Source of the DNA: Candidatus Omnitrophota bacterium
GTDB lineage: Bacteria > Omnitrophota > Gorgyraeia > Gygaellales > Profunditerraquicolaceae
NCBI GenBank assembly: GCA_016208765.1
Contig: JACQXK010000032.1
Location: 54,385 to 118,384, forward strand
Direction of reading: 5' to 3'
DNA: 64,000 nucleotides
The notes under the pieces were generated by a model. The model saw nothing but the letters and a program-made list of their open reading frames with translations. It was not told the DNA's origin and did no database searches. Positions 49,827 through 59,225 of this stretch are shown here, one piece after another. The position numbers were made by a program, and so were the translations under genes. Each line of letters starts with the position of its first letter. Position 1 is the stretch's first letter.

Positions 49827-49931
49827 TTATTTAATTTCCTTCTTTGTAAAAACCCTGATAAAACAAAAAAGAGTAAGCCCTAAAACAAAACCCCAAGAAA
49901 GCACCATAAATATCCAGCCGCTAATTCTCAT
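49827..49931 (-). CDS. Small membrane subunit of an NSS transporter (MetS-like), 34 aa MRISGWIFMVLSWGFVLGLTLFCFIRVFTKKEIK
   Basis: Translated by hand. Single TM, directly after the NSS transporter stop, with an AGGAG upstream. Confidence 0.75.
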   Translation of the reverse strand: MRISGWIFMVLSWGFVLGLTLFCFIRVFTKKEIK

Positions 49932-49932
49932 C

Positions 49933-51469
49933 TTAGGCCTTCTCTCCTGCCTTTTTCTTTCGCCAGGCAATCTTTACTAATACCGCTAAAATCATAAACA
50001 ATAAAAACAGGCCTACTCGTGTTGCAAAAACAAACGGTTTATCTAAAGCAGAAACATTCTTCATAAAAATAACCGGCAACCATTCCTGCCAAAGCCACAT
50101 TCCCAATATGCAAAACAAAAACAAAGGCGTAATATATTTTATAATAAATTTATATATTCTTGGGATACGCATATCAGCGCCCTTATGCACTTCATCCCAC
50201 GCCTTTTCCATGCCAAAAACCCATGCAAAAAGAATTGCTTCTATGGTAGCAAACAAAACCAGGAAAAATGTCCCTCCCCAGAAGTCAAGCTCATCCACTA
50301 CGCCTCGGCCCAAAAAGAAAATTGCCGGCTGGCAAAGTATAAAAGAAACAATCCCAAAAATGGTTACTGCTTTCTTACGTCCGATATTAAATTCATCTTC
50401 AAGAAAAGAAACTGCTGGTTGTGCCAAGGACACCGCAGAAGTTATTCCTGCCAGGAATAATAAAAAAAACCATAAAAAACCAAACAAAAATGACAAAGGA
50501 AATTTTAATAAAACCAAGGGCATAGTTACAAAGCCTAAATTAAATACCCCGGAGCGCGCAATTGACTGGATATCCTGGGGCCCGAAAAAAACAAATGCCG
50601 CAGGGATCACAATGCTTGCGCCTAAAATAACTTCGGCTGTTTCATTTGTGCTGGCTGCGGTTAAGCCTGATAACGCCACATCATCGCCCTTAGAAAGATA
50701 ACTTGCATAAGTCAGAATCACTCCAATACCCACGCTTAAAGTAAAGAATATCTGCCCTGCTGCCTCAAGCCAGACCTTGGCTGATCTTAACGCAGAGAAA
50801 TCAGGATTCCATAAAAAACCGAATCCATTAACAATATTCCAATCCGGGCGCGCCGGATCAGGAGCGCCTAAAGTTACTACGCGTATCATCAGAATTATAC
50901 CAAAGATAAATAAAAGCTATCCCGCCTTTTATCCCGTAATAAATAACCCAGATATTTAAAACAAACGTCAACAAGAAAAAGAGATAGGCGGTATTTATCC
51001 CGTTAAAATGTTGATTCCTCGCCACACCCTGAAACCCCTGCAGAAAACTCTGCATATCAACCTGATTGCCGATATTCGCATACTTACCGGTAAGAGCAAA
51101 AAAACTATAAGCAAGGGTCCATGATTCAATAAATGTGTAATAGGTAAAAATAACCAGCGGGCCGAAAATACCAATTACCCCGAAGTATTTAATAAAGCGG
51201 TTCTTCTGCCAGACGCTGTGGAAAATACCCGGGGCGGTGCCATGCTCAAACCCGCCTCCATAACGGCCGAGCGTCCACTCAATCCACATCAGAGGGATTC
51301 CTAATAATAGAAGAGCAACAAAATAGGGGATCATAAATGCGCCTCCCCCGTTAGCGGCAGCTTTGGCAGGAAAACGCAGAAAATTACCCAGCCCGATGGC
51401 AGAACCTGCCACCGCCATGATTATTCCTAAACGAGAACCCCAACTGTCTCTTTTACCTGATTGTTTCAT
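49933..51469 (-). pseudogene. Sodium-dependent (NSS/SNF, LeuT-like) transporter split by a frameshifting deletion near 50917
   Basis: The N-terminal half has GSAIGLGNFLRFP and GGGAFMIPY. The C-terminal half has AAGQIFFTLS. At the junction GIKGGI switches frame directly into LLFIFGIILMIR. Confidence 0.8.
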
Positions 51470-51938
51470 AGAACCAATGTTCTAATTTTGTAATTGTTTC
51501 AGTAATTTCCGGGCTGAGCTTATCTCCAAAACCAATATCCTTTGGCTGAATTGCAAGAAGCATTATATTCGCTTCAAAATGGTTAAGCAAATAATTAATG
51601 GTAAGGCTGATAGAAGCATTATGAGTAGAAAAAAGGTTCGTAGTTTTTATGTCGCTTGCTTCAATTACAGCGGATTCTCCTGGCTTTGCCCCAAAATCAA
51701 CAGCATCAACAATAACAATCGTATTTGGTTTGTCTTTAATGATTTTACCAAGATAATTCTCCGGGCTGGCTCCAACATCATAAACAAGGCAGGAAAGCTT
51801 TTCTTTAAGGCGGCTGGCTAAAATTGAACCTGCGGCATCATCATTTTTTAAGGTATTGCCAATACCTAAAATCAACACTTTGCCTTTTAAATGCGCGGCA
51901 AGATACTCTAAACTTAATGAATTTCTAGAAAGCTGCAT
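51453..51938 (-). CDS. Hydrogenase maturation protease (HycI-like)
   Basis: GIGN.L..DD.AG, PEN, VDAVD and STH. Confidence 0.9.
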   Translation of the reverse strand: MQLSRNSLSLEYLAAHLKGKVLILGIGNTLKNDDAAGSILASRLKEKLSCLVYDVGASPENYLGKIIKDKPNTIVIVDAVDFGAKPGESAVIEASDIKTTNLFSTHNASISLTINYLLNHFEANIMLLAIQPKDIGFGDKLSPEITETITKLEHWFYETIR

Positions 51939-51943
51939 TATTG

Positions 51944-52177
51944 CTACATTTGATTCAAGGCTTCCTTGATAAACGGCATAATCCCTTCAGCTTCCTCTTT
52001 AGATAACCTGCCAAGGCGGGTGAAAGTAAGCTGGCCTTCCCTGTTTTTTACTTCACGGGTAATCTGCAGCTTTTTCGGGCCATTGTTATAAGAAAACACG
52101 CTAACATTAACTCTTCCCTCCTCAGTATCAAGGGACTTAGCAAACACCTGTTTGTCTAAATTAATATCATACGGCAT
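51944..52177 (-). CDS. Small conserved hypothetical protein (possibly PC4-like nucleic-acid-binding fold)
   Basis: AGGAGGAG RBS and SYNNGPKKLQITR...FTRLGRLSKEE. The fold is an inference. Confidence 0.75.
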   Translation of the reverse strand: MPYDINLDKQVFAKSLDTEEGRVNVSVFSYNNGPKKLQITREVKNREGQLTFTRLGRLSKEEAEGIMPFIKEALNQM

Positions 52178-52232
52178 ATCTCTCCTCCTTTTCTATATTA
52201 TCTCCATCCTTATACAAATTGCAACATTTTTG

Positions 52233-52541
52233 TCAAAATTTCTTCCCGTGCCTATACGGGCGGGTTTTATTATACTCAATTTTCTTAAGCAAGGCCTGTT
52301 CTAAATTAATTTTACGAGCGCCGCAATAATCAAAGATACGGATCAGGCAATCTGCCAGCTCTTCTGCAACTTCTTCAGTTTTACCGCGGTTACGCATCGC
52401 CTCAAGCGCCTCAGATAATTCCGAATGCATCAGCGCAATTAACTCTCCTTCATTACGATCTTCTTCCCACCAACCCTTTTCTTTTGCCACCCGGTGGCAT
52501 TCTTTGACAAAATCGTTAATTAACCAATTCTTTTTTGCCAT
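52233..52541 (-). CDS. MazG-like nucleotide pyrophosphohydrolase
   Basis: LMHSELSEALEA, EELADCLIRIFD and K...N..RPY.HGK. Confidence 0.88.
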   Translation of the reverse strand: MAKKNWLINDFVKECHRVAKEKGWWEEDRNEGELIALMHSELSEALEAMRNRGKTEEVAEELADCLIRIFDYCGARKINLEQALLKKIEYNKTRPYRHGKKF

Positions 52542-52947
52542 CTGGGCCTGCCTCCAATCCGGAAAAGATAATCTTGGCAATGGATTCTTTTGAATACGTG
52601 CTTTGAGATACTATCTCAACCTGGGTTTTTCTTGACGAGAGTTCGTTAAAGAATATGCCGACAGGAGTCGTATCAGTTTCAGAAACATAAAACGCGATCA
52701 ACTGTTTCTTGGGTTCTTCAGCATAAATATAACAACCGTTTTCTTTTAAAATATCCTTAACCTTATTGTAACAAGTATTGTAATCATAATCAAAGATCTT
52801 AAACAAGGCATACTGGCGGTTTTCCTCCAAAACCTTGGTAGAAATCCCGGCAATACCTTTTGCCGTTTCTTTCATGCTTGCGCATCCGCACAACCCAATA
52901 ACCCAACAACCCAATAACCCGATAACCATGATCTTTTTTCTAAACAT
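52516..52947 (-). CDS. Putative lipoprotein with an octamer-repeat-encoded signal peptide
   Basis: LCGC lipobox. The h-region VIGLLGCWVIGL is encoded by GTTATTGG-type repeats at 52890-52927. Confidence 0.75.
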   Translation of the reverse strand: MFRKKIMVIGLLGCWVIGLCGCASMKETAKGIAGISTKVLEENRQYALFKIFDYDYNTCYNKVKDILKENGCYIYAEEPKKQLIAFYVSETDTTPVGIFFNELSSRKTQVEIVSQSTYSKESIAKIIFSGLEAGPDGKKELVN

Positions 52948-52963
52948 ACCCGTCTGCCTCCTT

Positions 52964-54976
52964 TTATTCTCTAATCACCTGCCAAATTTTATCCAGATTC
53001 TTGCGCGCTTCCTCTTCCCCTCTCTTTGCAAATTCTTCTGCCCTATGCAGCTCAAGCCAGTTTAAACCAGAAGTATTCGGATGTAAAACCACATCTGCAA
53101 GCTGGGCCTCTTTAAGCGCAACCTCAGACTGCAGCACTTCAATGCTACTGAATATTATATCAAGAATATTATTTTTAAAACTATTTCTTATATATTCGCG
53201 CAGCCCAAACCAGCTTCTTTTCTTTATGTTGCCGGTAATACCGACCGAGATCTGGCCGCGAATTTCTTCATATTGGCGCAGGATATCTTGCCTTGAGGGA
53301 GTGACATTTACCGCGATAATTTTTTTCACCCCTATTTTAATTAAAGGCTCGGTAGGCAAGGGGTTAATGATCCCCCCGTCAAAAAGCATTTCTTCTTTTA
53401 TTTTAAATGGTAAGAAAACTCCCGGCATAGCGCAACTGGCCATTATCGCATCAACTAACAAGCCCTTTTCAAAAACCCGGGATTCTTTTCTTTTTACATC
53501 GGAGGCAACGATTTTTAGCGGAAGCTTTACATCATAAAAAGTTTTGTTGCCCAAGTGCCTATCCAGTAATTTGCGCAGTTTATTCCCTTTGATAAAACCC
53601 ATAAATGGCAGGGTAAAATCCAAAAGGTTCCAGATGTGCTTAGGCGCCTTAAATTCTTTAGTAATCTCAAGGATCTCTTCTGATGATTTGCCAATTGCCC
53701 ATAAGCTTGCAATTACAGAACCAATGCTTGCTCCCACGATTACATCTATAGGTATTTTTTCTTCTTCTATTACTTTCAAAACTCCAATATGGCAAAAACC
53801 ATACCCAACCCCCACCCCCAAAACCAAACCCACCATGCTTTCCCCGAGCTGGCGCGCGATCCTTCTTACAGCACGCGCATATTCGCAGACAGGCTCATCC
53901 TCAACTAACCGGTCGCAAGACTCAAGTTCAATTTTAGGAAGTGTGGCAAAAATATTTTTATTTAAAATTTCCACCTGCTCTTCATGAGTAAGCCTTGAAT
54001 GCTTGTATTCATTGATAACCACTTTTATTTTTTCTTCTTTAAAAGCAAATTCATCAACAAGCCTTTCAATTAAATGACGGGTCCTTTTTAAATCAACCTG
54101 CTCAGGGCTCGTCAAAATATGAATCACATCGGATTGATTCAGTATATTAAATATCGGCCTGTCCATCAATGAAGGAAGGTCTATGATCAAAAAATGATAA
54201 TCATTAACCAACAGGCTGATAATCCCCACGAGCCTGCGCACACAGATTTCATCTTCCGGCCTATAGTGAAAACAAACCAGGCCGATACCGGATTTAGCCT
54301 CCACCAGGAATTCTTTTACCAAATTCGGGTTATCAGCTGCCGAGTTTGACAGGTCAAGTATTTTGCAGCCGCTGAACCCTAATTTCTGCGGCAGGGTGTG
54401 AATTTTATCTAAAGGCAGGATATCAAGGATAACCACTGATTTATGCGTTTCTTTCTTGAGGCTCAACCCAAGATTCAATGCATAAATAGTTTTGCCTGCC
54501 TGAGAATATGAACTGAAAACAGAAATAATAGAACTTTCAAAAATTGTCTTCTGGTGCAGGTCTTTACGTTTAAGCCTTCGGGAAAGGGTTTTACTTAAAT
54601 CAATTGCCAGATGAGGCATCTTTCTCAAAAAATGATCAAAATCATCTTTCTTGATAAAAAGGATCACACAATCATTAATTGCCTGGGCAGTTACAGAGTG
54701 CGGCTCATTGGTTAAAAGAGAAATAATGCCGAAATATTTGGCCCGATGCAGGTATTCAAGGATTATTGCGTTACCAAAAGTATCCTTGCTTGAAATTACC
54801 ACCCTGCCGGCTAAAACACAATAAAACCCGCTTGGAGCATTGCCTTGTTCATAGATTATTTGCCCTTTTCTATATTCAAGGACCTCTGCCTTCTGGGAGA
54901 CCTGCTCCCGGTCCTCATCTGTTAGCTCGGAAAATAAGGGGATTTCCTGTAAAACAAGCTTGCTAATTTGTGCCAT
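52964..54976 (-). CDS. cNMP-binding / ParA-CpaE-like P-loop / patatin phospholipase fusion
   Basis: The N-terminus is a CNB domain. The centre has SSYSQAGKT...IDLP. The C-terminus has GVGVGYG, GASIG and DGG. Confidence 0.85.
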   Translation of the reverse strand: MAQISKLVLQEIPLFSELTDEDREQVSQKAEVLEYRKGQIIYEQGNAPSGFYCVLAGRVVISSKDTFGNAIILEYLHRAKYFGIISLLTNEPHSVTAQAINDCVILFIKKDDFDHFLRKMPHLAIDLSKTLSRRLKRKDLHQKTIFESSIISVFSSYSQAGKTIYALNLGLSLKKETHKSVVILDILPLDKIHTLPQKLGFSGCKILDLSNSAADNPNLVKEFLVEAKSGIGLVCFHYRPEDEICVRRLVGIISLLVNDYHFLIIDLPSLMDRPIFNILNQSDVIHILTSPEQVDLKRTRHLIERLVDEFAFKEEKIKVVINEYKHSRLTHEEQVEILNKNIFATLPKIELESCDRLVEDEPVCEYARAVRRIARQLGESMVGLVLGVGVGYGFCHIGVLKVIEEEKIPIDVIVGASIGSVIASLWAIGKSSEEILEITKEFKAPKHIWNLLDFTLPFMGFIKGNKLRKLLDRHLGNKTFYDVKLPLKIVASDVKRKESRVFEKGLLVDAIMASCAMPGVFLPFKIKEEMLFDGGIINPLPTEPLIKIGVKKIIAVNVTPSRQDILRQYEEIRGQISVGITGNIKKRSWFGLREYIRNSFKNNILDIIFSSIEVLQSEVALKEAQLADVVLHPNTSGLNWLELHRAEEFAKRGEEEARKNLDKIWQVIRE

Positions 54977-56201
54977 TATTTATCGGTGGCTCAATAACCA
55001 CTCCCGTGCGGCAAACCTCTGCTAATTTTCTTGCGCTCCCCCGGACATTCCTCTTGTAATTCTGATAATCAACTTCAATAAGCCCAAAACGCGGGCCAAA
55101 CCCCTTGTCCCACTCAAAATTATCCAAAAGCGACCAATAAAGATAACCCCAGACCTCTACCCCCTCTGACATTGCCTGTGCCAAACTTTTTAAATGCTCC
55201 CGGATATACTCCCACCTCAAATTATCATCAGATGTGCAAATCCCGTTTTCAGAGATCATCACCGGCAATTTAAATTTCTTAAGTTTAACCAACAAATCAT
55301 ACAGGCCCTGCGGGTAAATATCCCAACCTAATGAATTCTTCTTTATATTCTCGTCATTAGCAGTACGCAAAAACAGATCATGAAAACCAGGGTTCTTTGC
55401 ATTTACAAGACTGCGGCTATAATAATTTATTCCGATAAAATCAAGAGAGCTTTTATTTATCGCCTGCTCAACAAACTCAAAATTAAAAAACTTGTTTCTT
55501 AGATACACCGCCAGTTTGTTAAGCCAACTGTTGTTATAAGGCACAAATGCCTGCATATTTTTGGCAAAACTGACAAAGACAGAAGGAATATTTTTATTCC
55601 TATAGATGCCGTGAATTAAATTATAAGCTTTGATGTGGCTCTTAAGAAGATTATTTTCAACTTGTTTTGCCTTCCAGGTAGATTTTTCCTGCGGTGGCCA
55701 GACTCCCATAATATAGCAGTGAGATACATAAATAAGCGGCTCATTAATGGTTATCCAAAAACGAACATCCTGAGAGAGTGCATCTACGATCTTTTTTACA
55801 TAACGCAAAAAGTAATCCTGAACTTTGTTTTTTTCCCAACCCCCAAGTTTAACAAGCCAAAGGGGGTTTGTAAAATGATGCAGCGTAACTACAGGCTCAA
55901 GGCCGCGTTCTTTTAAAGCACGGATCACCCGGCGGTAATGTTCAATTTCACTCTCTGAAAATACCCCCTCTTGCGGCTCAACCCTGCTCCATCCAATTGA
56001 AAAGCGATGCGCATTATGCCCAAGCTCCTTGGCCAAATCAAAATCCTGTTCATAAAGCTCATAATGCCGGCAGGCTGCGCCTGATTGCTCATGATTGGTC
56101 TTCTTCTCCCACTCCCACCAGTCGCAATTATTATTATTGCCTTCTACCTGATAAGAAGAAGTAGCCGCACCCCATAAAAAACCTTTTGGAAATGTTCCCA
56201 T
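54963..56201 (-). CDS. Glycoside hydrolase family 1 (beta-glucosidase)
   Basis: FLWGAATSSYQVEG, TINEP, ISENG and WSLLDNFEW. Confidence 0.95.
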   Translation of the reverse strand: MGTFPKGFLWGAATSSYQVEGNNNNCDWWEWEKKTNHEQSGAACRHYELYEQDFDLAKELGHNAHRFSIGWSRVEPQEGVFSESEIEHYRRVIRALKERGLEPVVTLHHFTNPLWLVKLGGWEKNKVQDYFLRYVKKIVDALSQDVRFWITINEPLIYVSHCYIMGVWPPQEKSTWKAKQVENNLLKSHIKAYNLIHGIYRNKNIPSVFVSFAKNMQAFVPYNNSWLNKLAVYLRNKFFNFEFVEQAINKSSLDFIGINYYSRSLVNAKNPGFHDLFLRTANDENIKKNSLGWDIYPQGLYDLLVKLKKFKLPVMISENGICTSDDNLRWEYIREHLKSLAQAMSEGVEVWGYLYWSLLDNFEWDKGFGPRFGLIEVDYQNYKRNVRGSARKLAEVCRTGVVIEPPINNGTN

Positions 56202-56222
56202 AGGAGTTTATTATAACACCTG

Positions 56223-56265
56223 AAAATAAAAAATCCCAACAAAAATGTTGGGATTTTATTTTTTT
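56223..56265 (-). terminator. Intrinsic terminator after the second riboswitch RNA
   Basis: AAAATCCCAACA-TTTT-TGTTGGGATTTT plus a T-tail. Confidence 0.85.
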
Positions 56266-56307
56266 ATAGCGCCGATAAAGGTCGTTGCTTAGCTACCTTC
56301 ATCACTT

Positions 56308-56487
56308 CCTTCGACAACCCAGCCACCATATTACCTCTCCCGTGCCTAACTATCCCCTGCTACAGTTTCCGGATACGGCTTCGTAAGGTAATTTAGGTCT
56401 GTGGCTTTGCGCCCCCATCTTTCAATGTACGCTAAACTTCTCAGCGTATCCGCGCGAACGCACCTCGCGGAGGTTTACCTTTATCGG
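56308..56487 (-). ncRNA. c-di-GMP-I (GEMM-I) riboswitch aptamer with a 44-nt P2 insertion and an expanded P3
   Basis: GGUAAACC-[insert 56428-56471]-CAUU-GAAA-GAUGGG-GGCGCAAAGCCACAGACCUAA-AUUACC...GGUAAU-AUGGUGGCUGGGUUGUCG. The GAAA tetraloop and CUAA/UAUG receptor are present. Confidence 0.8.
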
Positions 56488-56494
56488 CAATATA

Positions 56495-56523
56495 AGTATA
56501 CAATATAATTATTTCTATTTCAA
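56495..56523 (-). promoter_or_regulatory. Sigma70 promoter for the second riboswitch RNA
   Basis: TTGAAA-17 nt-TATACT, placing +1 near 56487. Confidence 0.7.
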
Positions 56524-56532
56524 GGACACAGC

Positions 56533-57009
56533 TTATCTTTTTTCAACAGCCTCTTTAGCCGCCACATCTACATATTTACTCATTGCCTGCCATGTCATAG
56601 GGCCGACTTTTCCATCCACCTTTAGGCCATTAGCCTTCTGGAATTCCTCAATTGCCGCCTTAGTCTTTGGCCCTAACTTCCCATCAACCTCTCCGGCATA
56701 AAAATTAGAATTCTTTAGTGCAGTCTGGATTTCTTTAACGCTGGGTTTGTAAGGCCCTGATGGAGGTAACGGCTCTAACTTTTGTTCAAGAGCAGCTGGC
56801 GCAGTTACTTCAACCTTTGCCTCAACTGCTTTTACATCAGTAGCTTTTACTTCTGAAGGTGCCTGATTAGTAGTAACATTAACAGCGCTTAATGTCTCCA
56901 TGGAAAGCGGTTCCTGCATCTCCGTTGCAGCCTGATCCTTATTTTTACAACCAAACATATAAAGCCCAAAACAAACCAAGACCCCTACCATCAAAAACCT
57001 TTTCATCAC
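56533..57009 (-). CDS. Lipoprotein with C-terminal peptidoglycan-binding (PG_binding_1) domain
   Basis: FGC lipobox and IQTALK...Y.GEVDGKLGPKTKAAIEEFQKANGLKVDGKVG..TW. Confidence 0.9.
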   Translation of the reverse strand: MMKRFLMVGVLVCFGLYMFGCKNKDQAATEMQEPLSMETLSAVNVTTNQAPSEVKATDVKAVEAKVEVTAPAALEQKLEPLPPSGPYKPSVKEIQTALKNSNFYAGEVDGKLGPKTKAAIEEFQKANGLKVDGKVGPMTWQAMSKYVDVAAKEAVEKR

Positions 57010-57091
57010 ACTGCCCTCCTTTTTAAGTTTTTTAATCTCCGTATTATTTTAGCAAAAAGCTTAAAGAAATCAAATAATTTTAAGTTTCTTT

Positions 57092-58288
57092 TTAAATTTT
57101 CCTGATATCCGGATAGAAGAAATTAATTGTCATAAACAATATTGCGCAGGCCACGCCGCTGACTAAGACCGCTGAAGACACTCCGATTGCCTGCGAGAGG
57201 CTGCCGGCAATAAGATTACCAAAAGGCATAATTCCTGCGAAAGTAAGCATAAACATGCTCATCACGCGGCCCCTAAATTCATCATTAACCCGAGTCTGTA
57301 ACAGGGTATTGATCAAGGCCATAGCCGCGACGCTTGAACCACCCAATAAGCTTAAGATAATAATTGATAAGATGTAATTCCGCGACAATGAAAACAAAAT
57401 TAAGGAAAATGAAAAGATAAAAATTGACCAAACAAGAAACCGGCCTTTGTTCCTGAAATCACCCAGCCGCGCCAAAACCAAAGCGCCGAACAACGCCCCA
57501 AAACCAACGCCTGACATCAAAACCCCCAAGCCCTTAACCCCTACCCCCAAGACCGTATTTGCAAAAATAGGCATGAGTATAATATAAGAAACCCCAAACA
57601 AACTCATTACTCCTACAATCATAATTAATAAAAGAATTAACCGGTTACCCTTGATAAAGGCTACCCCTTCCATCAAATCATGCCAGGCCTTTTTATTCTT
57701 CTTAAATATTCTGGTGTTATCAACCTTGATCAATAAGAGCGCGATAATTACCGCCAAAAAACTGATCCCATTTATAAAAAAACACCCGCTCATGCCGATG
57801 GAAGCTACCAACAAACCTGCAATTGCCGGGCCGATGATCCGGCTTGAATTAAAAGCTACAGAGTTTAGGGCGATGGCATTAGACAAATGTTTCTTACCGA
57901 CGAGATCTACAACTACCGACTGGCGGCTGGGGGCATCAAAGGCCATGACGATGCCGTTTAGAACAGCAATGAACATAATTTGCCAGGTATTAATCAACTT
58001 AAAATACGTTAAGGCTGCCAAAATAAAAGCAAGCAGCATAAAAGCTATTTGGGTAAAAATAAGGATATTTTTTTTATTTACCCTGTCTGCCAAAACACCG
58101 CCAAACAAAGAAAGAACAAATACCGGGATGGAACTTAAAAATCCGACTACCCCCAATAAAAAAGCAGAGTTGGTTAACTGAAAAACTAACCAGCTCTGCG
58201 CAACAGCCTGGATCCATGTGCCCACTAAAGACACAAGCATCCCAAACCAATATATGCGAAAATTCTTTACTTTTAGAGAAGAAAACAT
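57092..58288 (-). CDS. MFS transporter (MFS_3/DUF894-like)
   Basis: GTWIQ.VAQSWLV, GGVLADR, AFDAPSRQ and RGRVMS. Confidence 0.9.
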   Translation of the reverse strand: MFSSLKVKNFRIYWFGMLVSLVGTWIQAVAQSWLVFQLTNSAFLLGVVGFLSSIPVFVLSLFGGVLADRVNKKNILIFTQIAFMLLAFILAALTYFKLINTWQIMFIAVLNGIVMAFDAPSRQSVVVDLVGKKHLSNAIALNSVAFNSSRIIGPAIAGLLVASIGMSGCFFINGISFLAVIIALLLIKVDNTRIFKKNKKAWHDLMEGVAFIKGNRLILLLIMIVGVMSLFGVSYIILMPIFANTVLGVGVKGLGVLMSGVGFGALFGALVLARLGDFRNKGRFLVWSIFIFSFSLILFSLSRNYILSIIILSLLGGSSVAAMALINTLLQTRVNDEFRGRVMSMFMLTFAGIMPFGNLIAGSLSQAIGVSSAVLVSGVACAILFMTINFFYPDIRKI

Positions 58289-58291
58289 CTT

Positions 58292-58903
58292 CTAAGACTT
58301 GAGCACAGCCTCGCGGCGGCAGCGGGGGCAAAGTATTTTCATACGCCCAGCTCTTAAAAGACTTTGGCCTTTTTCTGCAGATACAGCTTCTTTTATAGCA
58401 ACGCCGAGCTTCCTTAAATAAAACAATAAAAGCGAAGCATTAGAGAAACAAAGCGGGCCAAGTTTATTTGCCACCCATTTATACTGATCAGAAGGTACGA
58501 TTGCCTCACCGCAACATTCACACAAGACAAGTTCTTTTTCAATAGTATTCTTGAGATCTTTCCTTTTTTCAGTAGTGGCAAAATCAAATTCATTTGAAAG
58601 AATAATCCCTTTTTGCGTCAAACAGTTCGCCTGGCACTGGCCGCAGAAAATACAAATGTCCCAATGCACAGTTAACACCCTCTTGACAAAACCATTCCTT
58701 GGCTCATCTTTAAATTCCAGCGCACCAGCCGGGCAAACCTGGACGCATGCAGCACAACCCGTGCAATCATCTTCATGAAAATATGGCCTGCCGCGGAAAC
58801 GCTCATACGTCTTAAGCGGCTGGTAAGGATAGCGGCTGGTATACGGGCCTTTGATCAAGGCCTTAATTGCTTCTTTAAGTTCTCTTAATTTAGGATAACG
58901 CAT
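58292..58903 (-). CDS. NuoI-like 2x[4Fe-4S] subunit of a membrane-bound hydrogenase-like complex
   Basis: GPYT..YP, RFRG.P, CTGCAACVQVCP, CIFCGQC..NC and extra C-terminal CxxC pairs. Confidence 0.85.
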   Translation of the reverse strand: MRYPKLRELKEAIKALIKGPYTSRYPYQPLKTYERFRGRPYFHEDDCTGCAACVQVCPAGALEFKDEPRNGFVKRVLTVHWDICIFCGQCQANCLTQKGIILSNEFDFATTEKRKDLKNTIEKELVLCECCGEAIVPSDQYKWVANKLGPLCFSNASLLLFYLRKLGVAIKEAVSAEKGQSLLRAGRMKILCPRCRREAVLKS

Positions 58904-59225
58904 CTTTATCCTCTGCATATTTGTCGCAAACTGAACCTTTGCAAAGCTTGGTCCCGAATTTATGCGCGCTTCTTGCTAATACATGCGCAGAGACCGGAGC
59001 TGTCAAAACTAGGAATAAAATACATAAAAGCGCTTTTACTCCGCAGGCGCTAAAACCTTCAATTAAAAAAAGCCCGAAAAGAATACTGGAAGTTCCTAAA
59101 GTAATGCATTTAATGGAAGAATGCAAGCGGTTATACACATCAGGAAACCTTACAAGGCCCAAGCAGCCAAAGAAATCAAAAGCAATGCCCATTACAATAA
59201 ATCCAAAACCAATTGCATCATTCAT
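58890..59225 (-). CDS. Mrp/Mbh subunit G (MnhG-like)
   Basis: GCLGLVRFPDVYNRLH and LTAPVSAH. Start set at MNDAIG. Confidence 0.88.
   Translation of the reverse strand: MNDAIGFGFIVMGIAFDFFGCLGLVRFPDVYNRLHSSIKCITLGTSSILFGLFLIEGFSACGVKALLCILFLVLTAPVSAHVLARSAHKFGTKLCKGSVCDKYAEDKDALS

Noticed and set aside
50858-50930. Programmed ribosomal frameshift in the NSS transporter
   Set aside because: Conserved residues are missing at the junction, so a frameshift would not restore the protein.
52964-54976. CBASS/Pycsar anti-phage effector
   Set aside because: There is no adjacent CD-NTase or cyclase, and the context is chromosomal housekeeping.
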